DNA of 63,081 bases, taken from positions 1 to 63,081 of IMG/VR virus record IMGVR_UViG_3300011116_000165; one strand, written 5' to 3'. Made by a program: the position numbers and the translations under genes. Under the pieces are notes generated by a model that made no database searches, had not been told where the DNA came from, and worked only from the letters and a program-made list of their open reading frames with translations. This document shows positions 27,260 through 34,673 of the stretch, piece after piece; within the stretch, counting starts at the first letter, position 1, and every line of letters begins with the position of its first letter. The stretch comes from a virus. Lineage: Duplodnaviria > Caudoviricetes.

Positions 27260-28456
27260 TTAATCTTTGACGTGAATCGTCTTGCCGTTTGGAGCAATGT
27301 CATCGTTACCCCCTACGATTGCCCACAGTACAGGCGCAGTCCACTCACTACCCCAGTCGTTACCCACGTACCCATCGGTTAGCATAATGACGCACTCGGG
27401 CTCGATACGCTTCTCTTTCAGATACGCAGATACGCATGACGGACTCGTACCACCACCGCCTCGTGGCTTCGTGGAACTAACAATGTCGCCCACCATGCTC
27501 TCGGTGTACTCCTCGTGTGCTGCCACATGGCTGTCCCAATAGATTAGGTCTACTTGGCTAGGATTAACTTCCTCAGCAATACCCTTGACCTCACCAAGGA
27601 ACCCCGACAACTCGGCCTGACCGATCGAACCGGACGTGTCAATGGCAATCACTAGGTGACCTACTTTCTCACCGATCATGCTTGGCATATACGTGCCTGT
27701 GGATAGGAACCTACGGTTAACCCTGCGCCATGACGACGTATCCTTTGCGCGGCATGTGGCTTTCACAAACTCACGCAACGCTTCGCGCCAATCAATCTTG
27801 GGCTCAAGTAAGTCCAGCACATCACGGTCTAGCCCACCTGCACCAGTTCCCGCAACTTTCTGCTGCGCCATGACTCCCTGACGAATCGCTTGGTCAATGT
27901 CACGCTCAAGCTCACGCTTAGCCTCGGCACTCAACTCCTGCGCACCATCCCAATCATGCTCATCGAACCCACCGCCACCACCACCGCCGTTCTTCTCTTG
28001 CTCTTCCTTCAGTAGGTCGAACACTTGCTTGGCATTGAGGCCACGATACTTCTCGTCAACCAAGCCCATCGGCAAGCCCTTCATCTTGCCATCCTTGTAG
28101 CGTGGCATGGCAATGACCGACTCGGTAGGATCAAGGTCTTTGAGCTTAAGGTTAATCACGTAGTCACAAGACTGATTGGCTAGGCTGTGATCTTCATCAT
28201 GCAGCTTCTTCCACGTAGTCAGGTGACGAAATGCCTTGTGCAGATTCTCATGTAGCACCACGAAATTCAACTCGGGGTCTTTCAACTCCTTGACGAACTC
28301 GCGTCCATAAGTCTCGTCGCGTCCATTGGTACACGCCGTGGGGATATCGTCCGACACTCGTGTCTTGCCCACCATCATGATGCCCGACCAAAGCGCAAAC
28401 TTCGGGTTACGCATCAAGCTAATCTTGGCCTTCTGTACTCTGCGTTCTTCTAACAT
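27260..28456 (-). CDS. DUF2201-type metallopeptidase-vWA protein
   Basis: PTACTNG; HENLH (HExxH); vWA MIDAS DTSGS, GGGT and LTDG. Confidence 0.88.
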   Translation of the reverse strand: MLEERRVQKAKISLMRNPKFALWSGIMMVGKTRVSDDIPTACTNGRDETYGREFVKELKDPELNFVVLHENLHKAFRHLTTWKKLHDEDHSLANQSCDYVINLKLKDLDPTESVIAMPRYKDGKMKGLPMGLVDEKYRGLNAKQVFDLLKEEQEKNGGGGGGGFDEHDWDGAQELSAEAKRELERDIDQAIRQGVMAQQKVAGTGAGGLDRDVLDLLEPKIDWREALREFVKATCRAKDTSSWRRVNRRFLSTGTYMPSMIGEKVGHLVIAIDTSGSIGQAELSGFLGEVKGIAEEVNPSQVDLIYWDSHVAAHEEYTESMVGDIVSSTKPRGGGGTSPSCVSAYLKEKRIEPECVIMLTDGYVGNDWGSEWTAPVLWAIVGGNDDIAPNGKTIHVKD

Positions 28457-28474
28457 TTGTTAGGTCTCCTTGTA

Positions 28475-28972
28475 TTAAAGTTTTGCTCTCGTATAAACTG
28501 GGTCGGCAAACAAAGCATTCCCTCGCAGCCCCTTCTTCCACCGGCTGCCAAGCAGCCCATACTTCCATCCTTTGTGTCTAGCCCAATCAGCAAGGCTCAT
28601 AGTCAACCCCTCATGTGTAATGAATACGTTAGTAACTCTATTGTTGGCTTGTTCCGTTCGGTTAGCCCACCTAACATTGTTAGGTTCGTAGTTGCCGTTG
28701 TTGTCGATGCGGTCAAGCGTTGCCCCTTTGGGTCGTTCACCAATCGCGGATACAAAAACGGCATAGTCTTCCGCCCACTCTGCACACATGGTTATGCCCC
28801 TACCACCGTAGCGGTGATAGTTTGGGGTGTTTGGGTTGAAGCATCGGTCTTTGATTCCCCTCCATAGTTTGTACATCGGACTGCTTTTGCCTTGCCTAGC
28901 ATCCACTGCGCCACCGTGCTTTGTGCGCTTACGGTTTGCGTCGGCTACGCCTTGGTTGTATTTACGTTCCAT
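28475..28972 (-). CDS. Free-standing HNH homing endonuclease
   Basis: WRGIKDRC..YGGRGI..LDRIDNNGNYEPNNVRWA. Confidence 0.88.
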   Translation of the reverse strand: MERKYNQGVADANRKRTKHGGAVDARQGKSSPMYKLWRGIKDRCFNPNTPNYHRYGGRGITMCAEWAEDYAVFVSAIGERPKGATLDRIDNNGNYEPNNVRWANRTEQANNRVTNVFITHEGLTMSLADWARHKGWKYGLLGSRWKKGLRGNALFADPVYTRAKL

Positions 28973-29039
28973 GATTTACTCCGGTTATAAGTGGGACTCA
29001 CCACCATGTAATGAGTATACCACACATCAAGACTAAGTC

Positions 29040-30104
29040 TTATAATAAATCTTGGTTTAACGCGACCCACTCAGAGAATGCCTTGCAGCTAAACGCAATG
29101 CTCTGCTTGCTCTGCGTCTTGCTCAAGTTGATAGCGAACACCGCTTGCCACTCGGCATCGAACCGCTTGAGGTACTCCATGAATGGTGTGATCGTCACCT
29201 TGTCGATACGTGCGATAGCACCGAACACCACGATGGCACACGCCCCTGAACTCGTAGGCACAGGCGTATTCTTTGGGTCACGGATAGTCGCCTCCCACGT
29301 AGGTAGCTGGTCGGCAAACTCTATGTATGCTTGCATATCTCTAGCACCACTCTCGCCAATAGCACCGGTCAACGCAGCGATCACGGCATCGGGGTCATTG
29401 TCCTTGCGGGTCTTAACAATGTTAGATGCAGTCTCCAGCGAACGTGGGGATACGAACGCATTCTGAGTCTTGCGCGGGTTAAAGATATAGGGGTTGTCGC
29501 CCTGCCCACCGTCGGTGTAGCTTGCCAATACTTGCGGGAACCGATTCACCCATGCAATCACCTCGGGCGATACATCCTTCTCGATGGCCCAATTAATCCA
29601 TTCCTCGGAAGTCGGCTTAGCCACCGTGATCTCAACGATACGGTTGCGGGTGTGGGCCTTGAGCGTGTCTCCCACTCCGTCAGTAGACAGATTACCAGTC
29701 AGGAACACCACCGTCCGATTGTCCAGCGATACATCACCCAAGCGTGGATTCTTCTTCTCTAGGCACGGGTGCAGCATATTCTTCACAGGGTCAGCGCCCT
29801 TGCTGAACTCGTCGAACATCATCACCAGTGGCTTGCCATTGTGAATCTTGAACCGTGCGTTGGGATAATACTTTGTGGTACGTGTCTCGTGGTCGATCAC
29901 AGGCATTGCGACATCACCTAAATCCATATTGGGTACGTCGATATACGCATGGTCGTATCCAAGGCGCTCGGCGATCTGCTCCAGCATCGAACTCTTGCCA
30001 ATGCCCGGCTCTCCACGTAGCATGAACCTCGTCTCGGGGTTGGTCACGATTAGGTTGACCGCTTGCTTGAGGGTAACGGTCTTGCCAAAGTTAATTTCAG
30101 CCAT
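29040..30104 (-). CDS. MoxR-like AAA+ ATPase
   Basis: GEPGIGKS, MMFDE, TGN and SPRS motifs. Confidence 0.9.
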   Translation of the reverse strand: MAEINFGKTVTLKQAVNLIVTNPETRFMLRGEPGIGKSSMLEQIAERLGYDHAYIDVPNMDLGDVAMPVIDHETRTTKYYPNARFKIHNGKPLVMMFDEFSKGADPVKNMLHPCLEKKNPRLGDVSLDNRTVVFLTGNLSTDGVGDTLKAHTRNRIVEITVAKPTSEEWINWAIEKDVSPEVIAWVNRFPQVLASYTDGGQGDNPYIFNPRKTQNAFVSPRSLETASNIVKTRKDNDPDAVIAALTGAIGESGARDMQAYIEFADQLPTWEATIRDPKNTPVPTSSGACAIVVFGAIARIDKVTITPFMEYLKRFDAEWQAVFAINLSKTQSKQSIAFSCKAFSEWVALNQDLL

Positions 30105-30221
30105 GATAAAGTCCTTCTGATTACGCTAATAAATCTAACAAATGTTAGGTGGGGATTACTCTGCATTTATTTAGAGCCTACACCTACTTGACTACGAACA
30201 GAATTATCCGTGCCAATATAC

Positions 30222-30250
30222 ATTATACCACAAAGTAATAGATATGTCAA
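30222..30250 (-). promoter_or_regulatory. Consensus sigma70 early promoter
   Basis: TTGACA-17 nt-TATAAT with extended TG. Confidence 0.9.
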
Positions 30251-30271
30251 GTATTTCGACACACCATTTGC

Positions 30272-31345
30272 CTACACAAACTTGAACCAATCCGCGTAGT
30301 TTGTACTCGCTACTTTGCCCACAGGCATCCTCACCTGCTCTAACACCTCCTCTTTGAATACCCGCAGCACGAACTCGTCGGCCAGCTTCTCCGCACTTGA
30401 CCGGCTTATCCGAAAGAACTCAGCCTTCGTTGCTATGTGCGTCTGCTGCGCAACTAACAATGTTAGGGCCGCACGATAGAAATTCTCGCCCTTCACCTCG
30501 TCCGGCTGGTCGTTGCGCATCAGGGCCAGCACCTCCAGCTTGTCGGCTTTCTCCCTCGCGTTCTGCATGTCGCGCTCCTTCTCGGCTCCCCATGTTCTCA
30601 GGTGCGTGAACAATGCCTTGCGTGGCTCAGTTGTATCCACCGTAGGAGTACCACCAAACACGTGCACGGTCTGCCCGAACATGTTCACCACTGTTTCCAT
30701 GTGTACTACCACTTCTGTCTTAGCCACAAACGGTGTCTCGGCAGTCGGCTTGTTCCACCGCTGGTTGGCATACCTCACATCAAAGTCGATGTGCTCGGTC
30801 AGGATTGAAGTCATGCCCTTGTAGTACTTGAGAAACTCAGTGTACGGCGCTCTAACAATGTTAGCTTTCGCTTTGCTCAGTCTCCACTCCAGCGCACCCT
30901 CGGCCTGCACCACCGTCCACACTGGTATGAGTCCACTCTTGTCGCGCTTTATTCTGAACTCGTTCGCACCCAGCACGTACTTGTCCTTGCCATCCCTTAG
31001 CTGCACCACCGTCTTGCCCTTGCTTGTGTACACGTGGATATCGCTCAGCAACTCCACCACAAACTCGCGCACATACGCCGTGTTGTATCTGCCCACACTA
31101 ATCTGTACCTCATCGTTGGGGTGATACGTCACCACCGTCCCATTCTCACCGCTGTAGCAGCAGCATTCATACAAAACTACGCCGTCGGCAATCCTCTCGC
31201 GGATGTACAGGTGCTTATCGCTTCGTTTGGCTAGCGGCCTCGTCTTATTCTTGTCGCCTCGGATAGGCGTGGTCATGTCGTGTCGCTTTTTAGCTTCCTC
31301 ATACGTGCGTATGTACGGTACTCTATGGGTTGAATTGAATGTCAT
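30272..31345 (-). CDS. Early hypothetical protein
   Basis: 357 aa; SD GGAG. Confidence 0.8.
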   Translation of the reverse strand: MTFNSTHRVPYIRTYEEAKKRHDMTTPIRGDKNKTRPLAKRSDKHLYIRERIADGVVLYECCCYSGENGTVVTYHPNDEVQISVGRYNTAYVREFVVELLSDIHVYTSKGKTVVQLRDGKDKYVLGANEFRIKRDKSGLIPVWTVVQAEGALEWRLSKAKANIVRAPYTEFLKYYKGMTSILTEHIDFDVRYANQRWNKPTAETPFVAKTEVVVHMETVVNMFGQTVHVFGGTPTVDTTEPRKALFTHLRTWGAEKERDMQNAREKADKLEVLALMRNDQPDEVKGENFYRAALTLLVAQQTHIATKAEFFRISRSSAEKLADEFVLRVFKEEVLEQVRMPVGKVASTNYADWFKFV

Positions 31346-31349
31346 GTCG

Positions 31350-31523
31350 TTACTCCATTGTTTCGGCAGCAGTGCGCAGCCGGTATGCTTTGATACGCTT
31401 GTTGCTCATGTACTTCATCATGTACCGCTCTTTCGCAGCCTCGGCATTCTTGGCCTCGATTACCTCGGTGTCCCACACACCGTAGCGGTTGCTCCATCCT
31501 GTTACGCAGTATCTAGCTAACAT
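31350..31523 (-). CDS. 57-aa early protein (not in the ORF track)
   Basis: AAAGGAACCTAACAA-ATG, same leader as 32203; MLARYCVTGW..AAETME. Confidence 0.7.
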   Translation of the reverse strand: MLARYCVTGWSNRYGVWDTEVIEAKNAEAAKERYMMKYMSNKRIKAYRLRTAAETME

Positions 31524-31776
31524 TTGTTAGGTTCCTTTCGTTTATTTCGTTTGTATGGTTCACCATCATGGCTACCAGCTTATCGGTTAACTTAGCCATG
31601 TGTATCAGCACCGACTGGTCATCACTTTGCGCAACTATCGCCCACACCCTGCCTCGTTGCTTGGCTATATCTGTGAAGTCGTACCACTTGCGCTCGACCA
31701 CGATAAAGTTACCGCTAAACCCGCGCAGTAGCATGTACTTCTTCTTGCGCCGTGGCTTGGTCACCCTCTGCTCCAT
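31513..31776 (-). CDS. Early hypothetical protein
   Basis: Tiles the operon. Confidence 0.6.
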   Translation of the reverse strand: MEQRVTKPRRKKKYMLLRGFSGNFIVVERKWYDFTDIAKQRGRVWAIVAQSDDQSVLIHMAKLTDKLVAMMVNHTNEINERNLTNVS

Positions 31777-31964
31777 AGCTTCTCGTACACCTGCGCCTCG
31801 TCACGTAGCGGGTGCAGCGTGGCATCGTCAAGGCTCATCAGTCTGCGCATCTCCACGATTGTCGCGTGGGCCATGTCAGGCTCACCCTTGGCTAGTTTGT
31901 CGTCGGCATCGTCCAACAATGTTAGAAATCTTTGGTATTCACTCGGTCGGATACTTGGTCTCAT
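31761..31964 (-). CDS. Early hypothetical protein
   Basis: ATGA coupling; SD AAGGAG. Confidence 0.65.
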   Translation of the reverse strand: MRPSIRPSEYQRFLTLLDDADDKLAKGEPDMAHATIVEMRRLMSLDDATLHPLRDEAQVYEKLWSRG

Positions 31965-32203
31965 GCTCGCTGCTCCTTCGGATTAGTTTGTTTGAGCGTT
32001 GTGTATGCGCTCGTATTGGTTACAAACTGATAGGCTCCCTTGGTGTACTCTTGGATAATGCACCACGATGTGCGCTCTTGCCTCGCGGCTTCCTCCCCGC
32101 AGAACAAGCACACCGACTTGATGCGAGCACGTTCGGGCGGCTCGATATCGTCACCGCATACTCTGCACGTGGTATTTATGTACCCCAAATTGATTTCTAA
32201 CAT
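31961..32203 (-). CDS. Small Zn-finger protein
   Basis: CRVC..CLFC; ATG lies inside a palindrome copy. Confidence 0.7.
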   Translation of the reverse strand: MLEINLGYINTTCRVCGDDIEPPERARIKSVCLFCGEEAARQERTSWCIIQEYTKGAYQFVTNTSAYTTLKQTNPKEQRA

Positions 32204-32220
32204 TTGTTAGGTTCCTTTGC

Positions 32221-32650
32221 TATGTTACGTTTTGCAGGGCAGAAAAAGGATTTCCCCTACCCAGTCTATATTATACCACAAAATTATATATAAGTCAAGT
32301 TTTTAGCTGAAGTGAAAGTTACGTAACAATAGGCAGAAATGGGCTATGTTACGTGTTACAAAACGGGAATGTAACAACCTAAGTCGTTGATTCTTAACTT
32401 GAAAAAGGGGAAAATCAGGTTAAAGTTAAAAAGTAATAAAGTTATATGTATGTATATGAAGCCTGCCAAAAAATGGGTGTGGTACGAATTGCGCTTGCTG
32501 CCTTCTTCAACCTCTGCGCAAGTCGTCCATATATGCCCAAAAACATTGTAACTTATAACATAGCTTATAAATCAACGACTTACGAGAAACGTAACGTAAC
32601 AAAGCCCTAAAAAGCGTAACATTGGGCTAATGTTATATAACATTTGTTAG
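32221..32650. other. Putative replication origin
   Basis: AT-rich non-coding; about 10 GTTAC/GTAAC repeats; inverted IHF-consensus sites at 32380 and 32570. Confidence 0.5.
32270..32298 (-). promoter_or_regulatory. Sigma70 early promoter
   Basis: TTGACT-17 nt-TATAAT with extended TG. Confidence 0.88.
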
Positions 32651-32656
32651 TTTAAT

Positions 32657-32759
32657 CCTACCGCCGCACAGAGAACTGGTGCAGCCCAAACATTCGCCGA
32701 TGCCTCTTTTGTAACAAAGCCTAGCCCTACTGCCGCACAGGGAACTGGTGCAGCCCAAA
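32657..32759. repeat. 34-bp direct repeat pair
   Basis: CCTACYGCCGCACAGRGAACTGGTGCAGCCCAAA at 32657 and 32726. Confidence 0.9.
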
Positions 32760-32809
32760 AAATTTGGGCGAAAAAAAACCCAACAAATAACATTGTTAGG
32801 TGTAGACGC

Positions 32810-32833
32810 AAAAAAGCCCGCATAAAGCGGGCT
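32810..32833 (-). terminator. Intrinsic terminator
   Basis: Minus strand AGCCCGC-TTTAT-GCGGGCT followed by a T-run. Confidence 0.8.
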
Positions 32834-32852
32834 CAGGGTAAGAGCGTAGGGA

Positions 32853-33032
32853 TTAGGAAAAACGCAAGCCAGTGCTTGGGTCAATCAAACCGTCAATGCC
32901 TAGCCTAGTAACGGCTTCACCAACTTCACCGATAGATTTAATAAGTTCGGGCAGGGTTATCAATCCCGAGGCATACATTTGGATTTGCGTCATGGTGTGG
33001 TTATGTAGGTGTTGAATTTGATTTTGCGTCAT
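32853..33032 (-). CDS. 59-aa early protein (not in the ORF track)
   Basis: GGAG SD; MTQNQIQHLH..DPSTGLRFS; followed by a terminator. Confidence 0.6.
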   Translation of the reverse strand: MTQNQIQHLHNHTMTQIQMYASGLITLPELIKSIGEVGEAVTRLGIDGLIDPSTGLRFS

Positions 33033-33101
33033 GGTCTTTTCTCCGAGGGTTGAAATCTAACAATTGTTAGGGATGGGGGAGGGTTTCCCCTCCCCTCCCG
33101 A

Positions 33102-33599
33102 TTAGCCTAGCGTGCTCACGTCTCCGCCCATGCCCTCGTAAACGTCCATCAAGTTAGCTTTGAACATCGAAGCGTTACAGTCTTGGCCCTCTTCCTCTGA
33201 TTTCAGAATACGGTTTATCATGGTTTTCAGTTCCGCCATTGTCTTACTGTCTACGTCCGTCCCGCCGGTAACGCGACCCTTCGGTACGTATCCAGAGGCC
33301 TCTTTCACACGTTGCCAATAAACGTCAATGGTAGGCTTACCGAAACCGGCCTCAGTCATGGCGTCCACAAAAGCGGCGCGCTCTGCCTTGATGCCCTTTT
33401 TGTCTTTGCCCACTAGCTCATACCATGCGGTAACGTTAGTACCGCTAGTGTCGCTGACGTTGTACGTCATGCAAAGGGCATCAGCATACCCTTGGATTAC
33501 CGCGCCCGTACCCTTAGCGGCGGTTACTAACTTGCGCCGCGCCGCAGCGACAATGCCGGTGTCAATAGCGGGGGCGGTGGTGGTGATTACGTTCGTCAT
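33102..33599 (-). CDS. First early-arm gene, hypothetical
   Basis: 165 aa; SD GAGG; downstream hairpin at 33074-33095. Confidence 0.8.
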   Translation of the reverse strand: MTNVITTTAPAIDTGIVAAARRKLVTAAKGTGAVIQGYADALCMTYNVSDTSGTNVTAWYELVGKDKKGIKAERAAFVDAMTEAGFGKPTIDVYWQRVKEASGYVPKGRVTGGTDVDSKTMAELKTMINRILKSEEEGQDCNASMFKANLMDVYEGMGGDVSTLG

Positions 33600-33669
33600 A
33601 CTCTAACCTCTTCTAATAAACCCTAGTGCTCCTAGGAGAGATACCGCATTGTGTGTCGGTATGCTATAT

Positions 33670-33697
33670 ATTATACATATCGTGGTACATAATGCAA
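33670..33697 (-). promoter_or_regulatory. Leftward early promoter
   Basis: TTGCAT-16 nt-TATAAT. Confidence 0.7.
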
Positions 33698-33983
33698 GCC
33701 CATAAATAAAATAATTAAATGGGGTCTATGGGCTAACAATTGTTAGATTTCGCCGACACCGATACCCCACCCACCCAAATTAGAGCAAGGGACTCCTGCC
33801 GCCAACTACACACTGTTCCGCTCACCCGATTAGCAAAATTAAACTTTCCCCGCCAAACGGCGGCTCAATAAACTTCCCCTAACTTACCCCCCTCCCCCTT
33901 ATCTTTTCTGTACCACAGTGATATCAAGTCCTTCCCAGAAACACCCCCCGGGTCTAAAAATCTAGGCCAGTCCAAAAAAATTT

Positions 33984-34012
33984 TTGCAAAAATTTAGAAA
34001 CGGTGTTACATT
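33984..34012 (+). promoter_or_regulatory. Rightward late-arm promoter
   Basis: TTGCAA-17 nt-TACATT with extended TG. Confidence 0.55.
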
Positions 34013-34073
34013 CGGCCCACTCCCCCAATTCAATTTGGTGCCGAAAGGAACGCGAGCTTTGCTCGAGTAACTA

Positions 34074-34673
34074 ATGATCGAACTACAGCCAACGGCAGAA
34101 CACAAACTGCCCTTTGATTTGTCAGATGAACAGCCCCTTACCCACAAGGACGGCTTAGCTATTGCTGTCAATACGGTAAATCTGATCGAGCAACTTGGCG
34201 GCAGTATTGACTACAGCAACGAAGACCTGCACAAAGCTGCGGAGTTAATCAATGGCGTTGATAAGCCAGAGAAGCCAAAACAAATAACCGTGTCTTCCAA
34301 AGCTAAGGCTACGGCAGTATTGGTACGAGAGTTTGACTTCCAAGCTTTTGTCGATGCCCAGCAAGCCCGCAACTACATCACATCCAAGCTCGTGCAGATA
34401 TCAGACTGCGGAGACACGAAACTAGAACTCAAGGCGTTAGAGTTACTAGGAAAACACAGCGACGTTGGGCTTTTTACCGAGCGCAGCGAGATTACTGTGC
34501 ACCACACAACGTCCCAATCGCTGGAGAATTCCATCAAAGACAGGATCAAACGCCTGATGAATGCCGAGGTGGTGGACATAACCCCGCTAGATGATCTGGA
34601 TGCGCAGCTAGGCCCAGCAGAAGAAACACGTACGGTAGACGTACCGGAAAACGTAGAAACTTCCGATGAGTGA
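34074..34673 (+). CDS. terS: Putative terminase small subunit
   Basis: Immediately upstream of terL; LKALELLGK..GLF motif. Confidence 0.65.
   Translation: MIELQPTAEHKLPFDLSDEQPLTHKDGLAIAVNTVNLIEQLGGSIDYSNEDLHKAAELINGVDKPEKPKQITVSSKAKATAVLVREFDFQAFVDAQQARNYITSKLVQISDCGDTKLELKALELLGKHSDVGLFTERSEITVHHTTSQSLENSIKDRIKRLMNAEVVDITPLDDLDAQLGPAEETRTVDVPENVETSDE

Larger units (their letters stand above)
21424..33746. repeat. Dispersed palindrome CTAACA-W(1-2)-TGTTAG, 17 copies
   Basis: 14-bp form at 21424, 25255, 26111, 27236, 28450, 30135, 31517, 32197, 32637, 33057, 33733; 13-bp form at 22409, 28671, 30454, 30852, 31913, 32787 (up to 1 mismatch). Confidence 0.9.

Noticed and set aside
28475-28972. 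Group I intron around the HNH gene
   Set aside because: Both flanking genes look complete and the flanks (about 18 and 67 bp) are too short for an intron core.
32657-32759. Mini CRISPR array (34-bp repeats, 35-bp spacer)
   Set aside because: Only two imperfect copies, no recognisable CRISPR repeat end and no cas genes; the Cas4-like nuclease belongs to the replication module. A search of the 35-bp spacer would settle it.
32633-32884. 83-aa ORF from the track
   Set aside because: It crosses a terminator, the direct repeats and palindromes; the 32853-33032 ORF with an SD explains the region better.
21424-33746. Palindrome as matS, parS or LexA box
   Set aside because: It does not match GTGACRNYGTCAC, TGTTTCACGTGAAACA or CTGT-N8-ACAG; the binder remains unidentified.
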